A stretch of DNA of 64,000 nucleotides, taken from contig CM060734.1 in assembly GCA_030704615.1 (NCBI GenBank), positions 38,564,001-38,628,000 of the forward strand, given 5' to 3'. Both the position numbers and the translations under genes were made by a program. A model generated the notes under the pieces. It was not told the DNA's origin. It saw only the letters and a list, made by a program, of their open reading frames with translations, and did not search any database. Within the stretch, counting starts at the first letter, position 1; each line of letters begins with the position of its first letter. The stretch is from Takakia lepidozioides (Eukaryota; Plantae; Bryophyta). Positions 25,301 to 38,725 of the stretch are shown in pieces.

Positions 25301-28300
25301 GCACTTTTTGCTCAACACTGTTAAACCGTGGATCAACAATGTACATATAAATGCTTTCAGTGAATCAAGGAGGAAAGAGGTTCACTACAACAAGCATATA
25401 GGAACTCTACATGCCTACCACACATCAGTCAAGGCTGCATGTGACTGGCACCTATGGCAAAGAATAGAGGTTAAGTGTACAATAAGAGCGTACTTGCGTA
25501 TATCTACAGCCAAATCATACCTATGAAGAGCGCAACACACACTGCCGAAGATAGAGAGAAGCGATACGTGGCAAACCAAGACACTGCTGGACAGATTCCT
25601 GTCAGAATGAGGGCAACCGCTGAGGCGATTGCCCATCCCAAATAGATTGACGAGGTATATGGAGACGTGAAACTTGTCTGATTACTACTCCACCCATGAT
25701 AATTGAGATCATTGAGGGGACTCAGAGAGATTATGATCCCCAAGGATAGTATGCTGCTGACACAGATTATGATGGCAAGTGTCATGACGTTATCCTGCAA
25801 AGACAAGAAGGTGGTCATTTCTCAGAGAATATGCCATACAAACAGTAACCGTATAGTTTAAGCCGTATATCACTGCCATGACTAAAACACATGTCCAGAT
25901 GCTATGCCACTGTAGTGAATAAAGGCCGCTTATCTGAAACGTCAAGCCCAGCTCCTTGAATCAAACCATCTCGGCGTGAGCCAGAATTAGTTTACGGTAG
26001 TACTCCAAAGAAAAATGAACTTTGACAGCTTAAAATGCGTAACTTGATCAATGCATGACAGGAAGCTGCCCAAAGAGACGGTTTTTCTTTACACATATCC
26101 TGATTCCCTTCATAACTCACCTCCTTCAACCTGCCCCGGTCTTGCGAATCTGTCTGGTAAGATTCACTTGAGGAAAAGTCCCCGTCCAAAGGAAAGTAAA
26201 AACGATAACCATTGTGCACCCACATGGGAAGTGCAATGGAAAGAGAGGCCACCATCAAAGGGACTGTTACAGCCAGGCCAAGAAGAATCGACGACTTGCT
26301 GAGCACATGGAGACATGGAGACAGACGTAAGTCAGTGGATCGAGGAGCAGGCAGGCCTCATCCATAGATGAGAATCTCAAAGGCTATGAAATGGCACTTT
26401 ATAACGTCTGCAGAAAGCTCAAAGCTTACGGGACAAAAGGAAACCAGAGGCTGAGGAAATATAGGCTCATTGTGTCTACCGACTAGAGAAGCGGCAACAT
26501 GCACATGACCAAGTGCTGACAATTTTCCAATCCGCTTATGTAAAGATGGTCTCCAAACTTCTATTCCAGCAAATTGTCAAACAAACTAATCTCTAGTGAT
26601 AGAATAATGTTGGGATGCAGTGATATGTTAAAAACTGAGGTCGGGGAAATTGCAAACCTGAGGAAGGCAAGGAGGAGCCCCACCACTGTGCTCAATAGCC
26701 AAGCAATAAATCCAAACTGGAACCACAAGCAGAAACCACTCATAGTGTGCAAACCCAACTTACAAACATTTACCCACAAAATATAAGCAAAATATACAAG
26801 AGAAAACCTCGAGTTTGTTAGCTATGTGAAATTGCTCCTTGAAACTTAGTTTACCATGGCTAGAAGAAAGGTTCAACATCAACCACAACAAAGTACTTGG
26901 CACGTAAGTAGCAAACTAACTTGCAAGGAGAGCTGGAATTGCATACAGTGAAACAATATCATATGGCTTCTGTGTTTTCAATTTGTACCTTGCAAGCCCT
27001 GCGTGTAAGCACCATTTCTTCTGCTTGTAATGAACGCAAAAAGGCCATGATAGAACACAGGACTGGAGAGAGTAGTAATGCCGAGAAACCAAATTCGAAC
27101 TGCAGGACAAAAGCAACTGTTTCAATTACAATAACAGACATTAACGTTCCTGACAGTCAAAACCTGTCAGCACTTCCAATGTTTCTTTCCGAGGCAAAGG
27201 GGTGACAATCTCTACAAACAAAAAACCTATGTGCTTCTTTGCACTATTTGTGTGGTTAAAAGCTGCTTCTTTTCTTCTTCTCTTTTAAGAAACGAGCCAA
27301 ACACCCCAGATCAAACTTCCAAAAACCAAAAACCTTGATGACTGCTAAAAGTCCATTCTGACAATCTAACAGGCAAGCAGTGCAAACAGACCCTGGAACA
27401 CAGCTAAACAATACAGTAGAACCACCAAAACCAAATGAACCAATCAAACCCCGAAGTTCAGGATGGATCGTGATCCCTCTTGTAATATGATGCTTCAATC
27501 AACAATGGAAAGGCCCTGAGCCATGTAAAGCAAAGTCTCAGACTCAGGAAACCAGGACTGGAGCTTGGTTCACTACACTTTGCAGTTTTCCCACCTTCCT
27601 CCTAAAGAGAGAGAATGTACTTATGAGACATTGTTTAATCATATGTGGAAGTGGCAGCAGCCCATAGAGGCAGCTCACAGACCAGGGTAAGGGCCTCCAA
27701 AGCATGGATTAGCCATAGCCTCTTAAAAGAAATGATACTATCAGAGAGACAGAGAGAGAAGGAAAGAAATTGATTGCATTCCCTCGATGCCCATACGTAA
27801 AAGTAACAAGAGAAAAAATTTCAACTGCAATCTTTGCAAGCCCACAAATGCCCACCCTACACCTGCTCTCTCTCTCTGGGCATTTTGACGCAATAATACC
27901 AATCCTCCTTTTCTTTCTCAATTTTCTTCTGTTTCAATCACTTTGTCCAAGGATGTTATAAATACAAATTTTCTGACCTGCTCATGTGTCACATTGATGA
28001 CCATCACTTTGGAAGGTCGGAAAACAGAGATAACAACAGTTTCCACCACGAAAATGACACTGAAGAGAACCCAGGCACGCTCCGGTGTACCTGCAAGTAA
28101 CTGTACAGCCCAACGGATCCTTTGCACCCACCTACCCCAGTATTGTCTTTGCAACTCCTCTGACCAAGAAATTGGCTCCTCAGCCACCATTGTTTGTGAT
28201 TTATTTTCCCCAGCAGTGGCTTGTTCAGTGTTATCTCTATAGTCTCTGTCAGCATCAAGGCTACTTCTTTGCAGCAAAGCCAAGATCGTTGGGTCCAACC

Positions 28301-31300
28301 CTTTCTCCTTGAGCATCACTGCAAAGTTGGGATCAAGCCCTTTGTCCTGGAGTAATGTGGTGAGCTCTCCTTCCCCGCCATGTGCCACAAAAGCAGGATG
28401 TCGATGTTGGAGCATGGATGTAAATTGAGGATCATTCAACCTCTTCTGGAACATCAAAGCTAAGTTGAAATCGAGCTCCTGCTGATCCATTGGAGATGCA
28501 TGTGGGCTACATAATTCTACATTCTGCACAGTCTCTGGTGCCATGCCTGACCCAAGGTAACAGAGCCGGTTGTGATCGATAGCATCTTGGTCTGGCAAAA
28601 TGGCTGGTTGACTGCTAGCCGGTTTCTCTCTCTCTACCATGCTATCCAGTCCAACACTTGGCCTCCAACCCTCAACTGTCGGAATGCTGAACCCTGAACC
28701 CAACTCTTCAATTGCCCCTGCTAATCTATGTTGGACTGCATCTGTGGCACCTGCTACTTCACCTGGGAACCCGGCATTTGCTTGACCTATAATTTCCAGA
28801 GCAGCTCCAATCTGCTCGGCTGCAACACTGCTGCTACAAACAGTGCTGGATGCACGCCCTTCCGAGACACTAGACGAGCTGCCTAGACCCCTTCTCCGAA
28901 AACCCTCTCGTAATCTAACTACTGTGGGTTCCAAAGCAGCTCTTCGAGCAGCTGAGGGATTCACAGCCGAAAAATGCCGAATCACCGCAGTACCCAATAG
29001 GACTGAGGCTACAACTGCATAGCCGATGCAGTGGCCCAAATACCTGTCCGTTATCACCCCCAACAAGAATCAGATCACACACATAGCCATAGTCTCGCTC
29101 TCATTATCTACCTCTCCTCTTCTGACGAAATAGGAAGCCCCTGTTATTAGAGAAGGCAATTCTTCAAATAAGACTACAGCTACATTGAGGAATTATAGCG
29201 AATAAAGATCTCTTCACCTCAACATCCCTTTCAATACAAAATAAGACATCAGTAAAGGACCTTTGAAGAGTACATACCAGTAGTGGACGCCAAAGCAAAT
29301 AAGAAAAATTCTGTAGATCCCAGCTACAAAGAGTGCCACAACGCGGCTCTTGAGCAGCTCGAAACCAAATAAGCACGCACCTACATTTATGTCTGTACCA
29401 AAAATACAGCAGAAATCCACACGTGATGCACTTTAGTGACCGAGACAGGAAACGGGAATCGGAAAAAGTAAATGTACAGGAGGACACTTGCAAACCATGC
29501 ATATGAACCCAAAAACCTCATGTCAGTTTAGCCAACTATGAGACAAGGGGCATCAAAGTGGCAAAATTAGCCGCAAACGGCATGTAATATGGTGGCAACC
29601 TCCATCAATATTATCCAGTAGTCGGGATAGGCAACCCAACTGATTATCAAGCAAATAGAACGAGCTTCACGCTTATACTGCAAGCAAAGAGCAAACAAGA
29701 TGCGACATGTTGTGGTGGAAGTACACAGCGACTCAGAACTGATCCTTGCAATAAAAGGAGGTTATGAATTACTGGATTTGGCTCTCACCAAGAAGAATGA
29801 CTGCAGCCGAGGTGACTCCACCAAGCCACCGCACCTTCCTTGCCGTGAGACCATAGAGTACTGAGTAGGTTACCAGAACTACAACAGACCCTATGTACAT
29901 TAGGACAAGGCGCCATCCACTGCACATCAGGGAGGTGAACTCCACTATCAGGAACCAACAAAATTTGTATGCTCCCATCTCTGTACCCCTCCCTTCCCTC
30001 TGTCACACAACCAGATAGAGTGATTACTCTTGACCCCCAGTGCATCCCTCTCTATGGGGCATTTTATTTCTATTTCTTGTGTTCGTTAAAGCATTAGTGT
30101 CCCATAAGCTCCCTGGACTTTATTGACATTTGAAAGCACCTCTTTTCTCTGTCTCCTGCGGACGTAACAATTTTTTCTTCTCTCTTCTGCCCTGCCACTT
30201 TCACAAACAGGATTCCAACTATAAAAGTTGGAAGTTCACTAAATCAGGTGCTATCATTGCCACCAAGACTGAAGAAAATGGCCAGCCTTGCCTTTCTTAA
30301 ATTTGACTCCCTGGAAAAGGATTGAGCGAAATAAGTGTTTGCCTGTTTTTCTTCTGTATGGCGGGGTCTCGCAGGTCAGGAGGCTCAGGCATACATGCCA
30401 CTGGACCAACTTCTATGGCTTCTGCATGGGCAAACTTGTAGGACCTTCTCACATACTCATCTACATCCAGGCTCGCTCCTGTCAGAGAACACAGAAAAAG
30501 AACCAACAATGGCAACAACTCAGTTATGGAAGCTCCCAGTGAGTAGACCCGGGAAAATCCTACAGCCCAGGCCTCACAGAACTTACCACCTATGGCATAC
30601 AACACATCAATGCCATAAGGTTACAGATTGCTGACAGCTTGGAACAAGTAGCACTGGAAGTGAAAGGATTGATCACCAAAAATTGTGTATCCTTCAAGAA
30701 TCTCTAACGATCAACTGAGAAGCAGCTACTCACCATGAAAGACCATTTTGCAGATAAAAAGCATGTTGATGCTCATGGCAATGGCTGAAACACCAAAAAA
30801 AAATGCCGAAGGCGAGTAGCGCACAGATGCACTCCGACCAGCTGTGACATATACTGCAGAAATCTCGTAGGCACATAACAAAGAGACTGCCAGCAGAAGA
30901 AGAACCGCAACAGCACCTGCAGTAGTACCCATTTCAATGCCAAAGCACCCATCATCAGTGCCATGCTTTTTTTAAACATGTAACATGCATATGCATTCAG
31001 TGGTAGTCGAGTTTGCAGTGCAACCTAGAGGTAGTTCTTTCCTAGACCCTGCATTGCAGTACTGAGGGCTGAAGGTATCAAGTGACCACCAAGGGTAATA
31101 GCGCAAAGGATCCACCAAGAAGGTGTGATATGTATCAACTTCTCTCCATACACAAAGAGGAGAGATGCATAAAGAAGAAACACCCATTTATGGCAGGTCA
31201 AAATGAGGACATAATTCTATAGGTTAAGTTTGGAATCATAAACCCTGCCTTGCCTACACAAGCACTGAGCAGCATGTGATTTAGCACTCCATTTACTAGT

Positions 31301-33271
31301 ATAACAGGGGACAAAGGCCCAGCCGGCGAAGGCAGCCTCAAGCATAATTACATCTCTACAGATGGGAACAGGCACCTGACATAACTATGCCACATGGTTG
31401 CAACAGAAGATTAAACACATGCTGCTGATGCCTTACCTACTGAACAAGAACACCATAGAGATGGCAAAGCAATTAAATAAGTCGGATACTATACAAGTCT
31501 CAACTCAGTTCAAGGACTGCCCAATAATAGATTTAAACGACATCCCAACAACCAGGTGACTGAGATGTGAGTGGGATCAACAACATACGCGAGCTTTGCC
31601 ACTGTGTTCTCCACCAAAGCATAATGGCATAAAATGCCAACAGTAGAGCAGTGCCCGGCATGACCACAGCAAGGCCAACTGTATCGTGGTCCAAAAGAAG
31701 AATCAGCCTTACTCCCCAAAGAATCAGAACCACAATTGGAGACAAGACAGTTGCCCACGCAGCAACCGAGAAAATTCCTGAAATAATACTTAGCTGGGGG
31801 CCTTGCAGATAATTTGCCCACTTCCGAGCATAAACCCAACTGCAAAAGTGCAAACGAAACCCCAAGAGAGGAAGTACGGATTAACGTTCCAGCACTTCGA
31901 TAATACAAATGCAGCGCACTATCTGAGAATCCATATGCAAGACAGAAACTATATCATCAGTACCAATACACACCAATGCTCGGAAGGCCTAGATCTGACT
32001 GAACATGTCTGTGCTCTGCAATAGCAGCAGCAGATAACCTTGGAAGAAGAGAGTGATGGCTTTGAATGGAATGAGATTAGAGCTCCAGAAGACACTGCCT
32101 TCCAAAAACTGGCCCCAAACCTAGAAGTTGAGGTCCAGCAACAAGGTAAAGTGTATGACAGCTTACATGCAATTGAACTTACACAAGGGATTTCAACACT
32201 CACAAGCTTCCACGACTATTCAAGATTATCTGAGGGAAAAAAACAGCCTAATGTCCCGTACATTAGTGACAAGGACATCATTGATGATAGCACCTTTAAT
32301 GATCCATCATTTTTATACCTATTCATGGTTCGAGTCTGACTCATGCACATAAACGTTACTGAGAGCGGATCAAGACAACACCAGGCTTCCCAATCATTTA
32401 TGAGAGGTATTCATATGACATCACTATCCCTGCTCAGACACTATGATTCATTGGAGTCTGAGTTACGGACTTCACAGAGAGCAGATCAACAGAACACTCG
32501 GTTTCTCAATTGAATCAGTCTCTTTCCACACCATAAGAGTACTGCATATGGATAGATAGGCCCTATTTGAGTTTTAGATAAGGAACCCTCTCACATTTCA
32601 AAGGAAAAGTGACCTGCACCTATGACTGCAGAATGGAGGAGAAGATGACAAGACGTGATAATAAACTGAAACAGCATCAGAGGAAATGAGGCTAGTGTAG
32701 GTTTCTCTATTCATAAAAGGTAGTGCTTTCTGTTCACCCTCTTCCAAACTTCCCTGCTGCCAAACTGTAGAAGCAATTGTGATTATCTTGCAGCTCGATA
32801 TCAGGACAAATGTGGTACTGTCTAGCAGCTCGTTCTCTCGCTCTCTCTCTCTCTATCGCTCTCTCTCTCAACCTGAGTCTGCTTGATTACCAAGGTATTA
32901 GCTGTCCAAGTAGATAATGCCATCGTGATCTCTTGAGAAACAATACTCTCGAAGGATTTCTTTGACAGCCATTGCAACGAATGGACTGAATTGACGAGGA
33001 AGATTATATGAGGCTTTGTTCAGCTTTTGCAGTACCTCACGGACGAAAGACAGATGAATGTTTCCAACTTGTACCATGAAGCAAAATGCCAGATAAACTT
33101 CACCTGCAGTCAGAATCAGGTGGAGGAGTACCTGTAGATTCTCCATGGGCGCCAATTTACAGCAACCAGAATGGTTACTGAGAGTGCGCTAAGCACACAA
33201 AAACTTGCGCCAAATACAGCACAGGCTATGACAACACTGTGCTGGTCTCCTCCATCTAAAGAGACCCCCAT
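16388..33271 (-). CDS. DEK1: DEFECTIVE KERNEL 1 phytocalpain (membrane domain, loop, linker/LG3, CysPc, C2L), 30 coding exons
   Basis: Exons: 33271-33132, 31839-31589, 30916-30734, 30478-30343, 29919-29789, 29392-29278, 29043-27978, 27099-26989, 26716-26658, 26298-26121, 25794-25521, 25119-24969, 24832-24721, 24605-24440, 24033-23963, 23711-23620, 23454-23292, 23088-23017, 22803-22426, 22308-22193, 21866-21569, 21224-20905, 20455-20092, 19759-19439, 19295-19191, 18984-18856, 18390-18010, 17775-17638, 17318-17082, 16696-16388. N-terminus MGVSLDGGDQHSVVIAC...VNWRPWRIYSW. Catalytic triad QGRLGDCWFL, QGHAYS, IRNPW. Ends ...FTKASISLEPL*. Confidence 0.97.
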
Positions 33272-34160
33272 ATTCCGATATTTCCACCTGCTTCATTCAC
33301 CTTTCCCAAGTGCAACCAATATTTTTTTAACTCCTGAACTGAAATGGACCGCCTGCCTGTCCTGTGGAAGCTTAGATCTACGCGCACATAAGCGTGAGGT
33401 ACCACCAAAGCTCGCAAATGCCAATCTCTTTTGAGGCAGGAAGTGCATATTAGATCTGCAAGACGCCGGCGTCGTTGTGATGCACATACAGAGAGAAGGG
33501 CGAACACTAGGGTTGGCAGTTGGAAGGCACCAACGACACTGCAACTCCATAGCTCAGGGACAGCAAGAAGCCCACCGATTTAGGTTGCGGATTGCTTTCC
33601 AGCATTGTGCGGGGGTCGAGAGGAGCGCATTAAAGTGAGCCTTGCTCCTGACTCCTGAGACCAGATCCGGGACCGACTATGAATGCGGAACGCAACGGGG
33701 CATGAATGCAGGCAGGGGCGTGCACAGACCGCATCTGCGGGCCCACGCCACGCTCCCTCACCCACCCTCCTCCCCCGGGCCAGCCTCTGATTCATCGGGC
33801 CAACCGGGCTCTTCTTTAACACATCCTCCCCATACTTCCGTACGAGCGGCTGCCATTGCATGGAGAAATCCATCTAACTACCCTGGTTCATCCACGTGGC
33901 TTACCGCCGATGTGATACCCTTCCGCCTCCCGGCGCCCTTTTTTCCCGGCACGGGTGAACGCTGTCCCCGCCAGACTGGATCTTGCCGGGTGGCCCGGCA
34001 GAACCCGGTGATGTTCACGGAAGGCCGTGGCATGGGACGTATGTATGTATGGCGGGAAAAGTGGCAGCTGCCCGATGACGGTGCCCGGGCCCGCCACAAT
34101 CTGAGTGGGGCTGCGCAATCCGAGTATTGTGACGGAATGTCGTCAACCTGCCTTGTCATA

Positions 34161-34168
34161 CACACACA

Positions 34169-34204
<36 letters not shown>
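34161..34204. repeat. (CA)5(CT)n tract upstream of DEK1 (GAGA-like on the DEK1 strand)
   Basis: Directly visible; about 0.9 kb upstream of the DEK1 ATG, next to a GC-rich promoter/5'UTR region. Confidence 0.85.
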
Positions 34205-34207
<3 letters not shown>

Positions 34208-37200
34208 GCAGCTCACAGTCTTCCAGGGATTTATGTGTCTGAGTGCACAGCCCAACTACATCTGAGTTTTCACTCCCAAGCACGAGACACAGGCACTCGT
34301 CTCCAAGTCTCAACGTCTCAAGTCTCAACCCATGCTGCCACTTGGCCCTTTTGTCGAACAATAGTCGAGGATAAACTGCAGCCCAACAAACCAAAAAGTC
34401 GTAGTAAGCATCGAATATCTACTTAACAATGCGTTTATCTTCATTTGTAAGCAGGCGACACCTACCGACACTTTCATAACTTTTGTAAGCTTTACATTTT
34501 GTGAAGAATAAAAATAAAATAAAAATTGAAGGACCCTATCTTGCCAGATATTTCTAAGACCTCAACACCTACCGACATGTTCATGTTCATAACTTGTCTA
34601 AAAACTTGACTGTTAGAAAAAGTAGAACTCAAAAAGTCATCGTCGGATGCCCAACGTAGACTTGATGTTGAGCTTGACAAATTTGAGCCTGAAAAGGCAG
34701 AGCAAGTTGCAATTGGGCCATCCTTGTCCCGGCCTCTACCTTTGTCGAAAAGTCTACGTCATCTACTGGTAAGCATGGCCCCGCACAAGCAACCCAAACT
34801 TCAACTCGTAGGCCCAAAGCCGGTGGAACTACTGTTGAGGCCCACGACCAAGGAATGGTAGTTGCTGACAATCCATCTGGCATCAATATCAATACTCAAA
34901 CCTCACATTACCAAATTATTTGCAAGTGAAAAGCAAACTTCATCAAAATTCGCCTATTACATTCACCCGGCTGGATAGGCACCCACTTACTTCCGACCTC
35001 AAAGTGTAAGACTCGTGCCCAACCACAATCACATATTTACCCGATTAAGAATATTAGCAATAAGTTCGAGCCCAGCTTTTGTCACGATTTCAGGGCTGCT
35101 GTCTCTCGAGTTTCTTTTCCAGAAAAAATTTCGATTCCACAGCATGAATGATGCAATTGCACGATAGCTAAGCTAATAAGTTGGTCTTTGCGGCCTAACG
35201 AGCAGGGGTGTCATGTTGCAGACTTGCAGGACAACGGCCAGCCTCAACTCGCGAAGGCCAGCAGCTGCGTGTAGCCGGAGAGTGCGGAGACGGCGGTCAG
35301 GTCAGCGTGGAAATCGCGGCGAATCGCAGGGCGAAGCGGCGTCGGCGGCGAGTAAGTGAGCGGGGATGGGGCGAGGCGTGGCGGAGCGGGCATGGGTCAA
35401 CAACGCAGCGCGAGCCCCGACAGATCCTCTCGCAATGCGCTGCTTCGCACGCGCCAATCACTTGGCAGGCAAACTTACTAATGGCTCTCGGGCGCGGATT
35501 AACTACTCACGAGTCACTAAGCACTACCGGGGAAGGGGCGGGTGAGTTACTAGTAAAAAGCCGGTGAACAAACCCGCGGCAACACCGCCCGAGGACTTGG
35601 GCGGGCAGGTGCCATGGCGGCTGCTGGCAGAGGGGCATGGGTCGCATGAGAGAGAGCATGGGGGGAGGGAAGATGGAGCGGGAAGGTGGTGACAGCTTGA
35701 GAACGCGTGGAGGCAGGTTTAGGCAGGTGCAGATTTAGCAAAGAGGGAGCCCGGATTAAGGGAGGGTGGGGAGATCATAAAGGCTGTGGTATATTGCGCT
35801 GTGGAGTCTAAAAATTGCAACCAGCTCGCACACAGGAGTACTTTGATGGGGGGGGGGGGCCTTCAAGTTGTCCTGATGAGCAGGGCGCCCCGTGACTGTA
35901 CTTTTACTCGCAACCATCCAGAGACAGGCCTTTACTTGCGGCGGTGTTTTGCAGCTTTCAAGTTTCACGTTTGTACTCGTGTGAATGCAGTTGTCTTCAC
36001 CAGAGTGTTAGAATGACAGTCAGAGGTGCTGCAATGCTGATGTACAGTGCATGATGCTCCGGCCTAAGTCCCTTCAGCCTTAAATCTCCTCCTTTCTTGG
36101 GTACAAAGCAGGACTTAGGTTGTTACACTCGAATGGGCACCATTGTTTCTCTTGATTCCATATCATGTTTTATCGACTGTAGGACAATATCAAAGTGGAA
36201 GCTGGGATGTCTCGCTGGCCTGTCCGCTTCAATGTCTACTGTGACTTATGACTTGGGTTTTTGTCCAGTAGAGTATCTTGAGAGCACCGGCTGCTTTACT
36301 CTTCTTTTTTTGTAACTTCCTGGATCTAACCCGTATTAGGTTTTCACGCCCACCAATTGATTACTATACAGGGCCAATAACCAAATAATCCTGAGCTTAC
36401 ATTCCTAGCACTAACTTTTGGGGGACTGACACATTGGGCGTGGCTGCTGCTAATAAGGGCCTATCGAGTAATGTGCACCTTTATAGTTGAATTCCATCAG
36501 TATATAGCCTGAGGTATTTGTGGAACAAGACATAGAACAAATTCCCAAAAATCCGGTCAAAGCCAAAACAAGGATTCTCGCAACCGACCTCTTTGACCGT
36601 ACCTACTGGTATTTTATTCTATCCTTTTACTGCAGGAGGAGGCGAAAGTGTCACCTACACGCCAATTAATTTGCCCTGGAATCTGCAGCCACCTGCGGAC
36701 AAGTCGAACAAACAACAACAATCGAGGTGGGAGCACTCATTCCAGACGTCAGTGCTCAGCAGAATTATCATTTGGACTCATCAGATTTGGCTGTCTGCAC
36801 TTGGGTTTGGCCAAACAAGTCACATCTTTCAAAGTAGATAACCGGAATGTTCCCATCGTCCTGAACAAAAAAGGATGTAGATGCCTACCAACTGTTATCA
36901 TACTCCATCTCACAACAACCAGCTCTCCACCCCAACAGGCCCTCATGATAAGTTATCCCGTGTGGGAGTTGAGTGCAGATGAGTGAGGGGACAAGATTAT
37001 GACCACTACCTAGCCTATCCAAGCTTGAAAAACAATGGCTTCATGCACTGGGCCTCGGAAATTTAATAAGGTGAAGACATGTGATAACTTACATTGCTTC
37101 CATTACTTCCATTCCATTGTGGAATGTGATAACTTACATATTGACTTCTCTGTACCTCCAGATGTCCATTAGTGGAATGATATGCATACATAATGTAAGA

Positions 37201-38660
37201 TCAGGTCCTAAAGGGGGGTAGTCAACCCATAGTCAATGTCATTTATGTTTCAAAGATTTCACTTCAGCGATCCTCAAATGAAACCCTAATAACAGAGCAT
37301 TTTCTCCCTCTCTAACAATCTGCCAGCCTTCAATGCAGCTCAAAGTTAGTTATTCTCGCAGTTGCTCACCAATCACATCAGCAGGGTTACTGCACACCAA
37401 AAGTGATATTTCATCACACCAACGCTTATGAGTTTTGTAGTATCAATGTACACAGAGTCCTGGCTCTCAGAATTTCAGAATTTGGCAAAGTGGTGCACAC
37501 ATTCATAGGACAAACCAACAGTACCTGAGCAATAACTCTCGCACTCCGTTCATTCATTAACACTCCAGCACAACTCCACTTTGACACCTCTTCAGCCTAA
37601 TCTGGGGTCCATTTGAAGGAGAACAAGTGAGGAGAAGTTAGTAGCTAGGAAAAGGCGAGGTTTGGTGGCTGCATGGCTGGCCTTGCTCCTTTATTCGGCT
37701 ACAAAACACATCATTCATGACATCGATGATAGTCAGTAATTTCCACCGCAGTCTTAACATGGTGATGATAGCTATTAATGTTGCCCCTCCTCCTAACAAT
37801 GTACTTGGTGGAATGTTAAATTACACCCTTGTCGTGAATGTACACGTGCCTCGAGGTTTCACAACACATGGGTACACATACATTCATGTTTAGAATCTTG
37901 TGTCTGGGAGCATGAATTTCATGCCCTGTCTCTGCAGCAGCGTTTCTTTTAAGGTATTTACATTGTAGCACAACTGGGCATCCATTAGAACCTTAGAAGA
38001 GCATGTCAGGCGCTTGTACAAAATGCGTAGTGGAAATGGCTGGCGATAATATGAGATTTTGAATGCGGGGGGAATGAACCTAAAACCTAGTAGACTTGTT
38101 GAGGCGAGAATTGACATAGTAAATTGGAGGGTTTAGGCATCGTTGGAGACTTGGCAGAAATTATGCCAAACACCACCAAAAAAATTTAAACCATCATTCA
38201 TAAGTAGAAAACCTTAAATTGGCTTAAATTGCGTTTCAGTCAATCTACTCTAAGTGGCATATTTGAACCCTAGCCCAAAACGACCTTGCCTAATGCTACA
38301 TGGCACATAGATAAGATGTATCAATGTTTGCAAGGCTCTTGGAAATACAAATAAAATTACCAAGTAACTTGGCTCACAAAGCTTGTAAACAGTAATGAAA
38401 ATTATATGTCACTATGTTTAGTTTTGTGTTTTATGGGAGGAAAAAAATGAAAGAATGAAGATGTGTTTTAGGCTTTTTTTTTTTAGGTCCTAAATTTGCT
38501 GACATGTGTCCTTTCATCCCAAAAACAATGAATAAATGACATTCTCATTCCGTTTTTGTAACCCTCTGCCACCCTTTTGATTATCATCCTCCTCCGCGGC
38601 CACCTTTTTCATATTTAAGAACTTTATCATCCAAACCAGGTTGCTATCAAAAAAACATTA

Positions 38661-38725
38661 AGGTGTTAGGATTCGAACACCAAGTCAATTAGATAGGTTA
38701 GGTGATCTCTACCACTAAGCTACCC
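38661..38725 (-). other. tRNA-derived remnant (Pol III box A/box B), SINE head or tRNA pseudogene
   Basis: Minus strand gggTAGCTTAGTGGtagag...ggtGTTCGAATCCtaacacc has box A and box B at tRNA-like spacing but no anticodon arm or full cloverleaf. Confidence 0.5.

Noticed and set aside
32040-32339. 99-aa antisense ORF in DEK1 intron 1
   Set aside because: Non-ATG start, no recognisable domain, and a length compatible with chance.
35548-35585. Possible Helitron 3' end (CTAG plus GC hairpin on the minus strand)
   Set aside because: The hairpin is weak, and there is no matching 5' TC end or Rep/helicase sequence.
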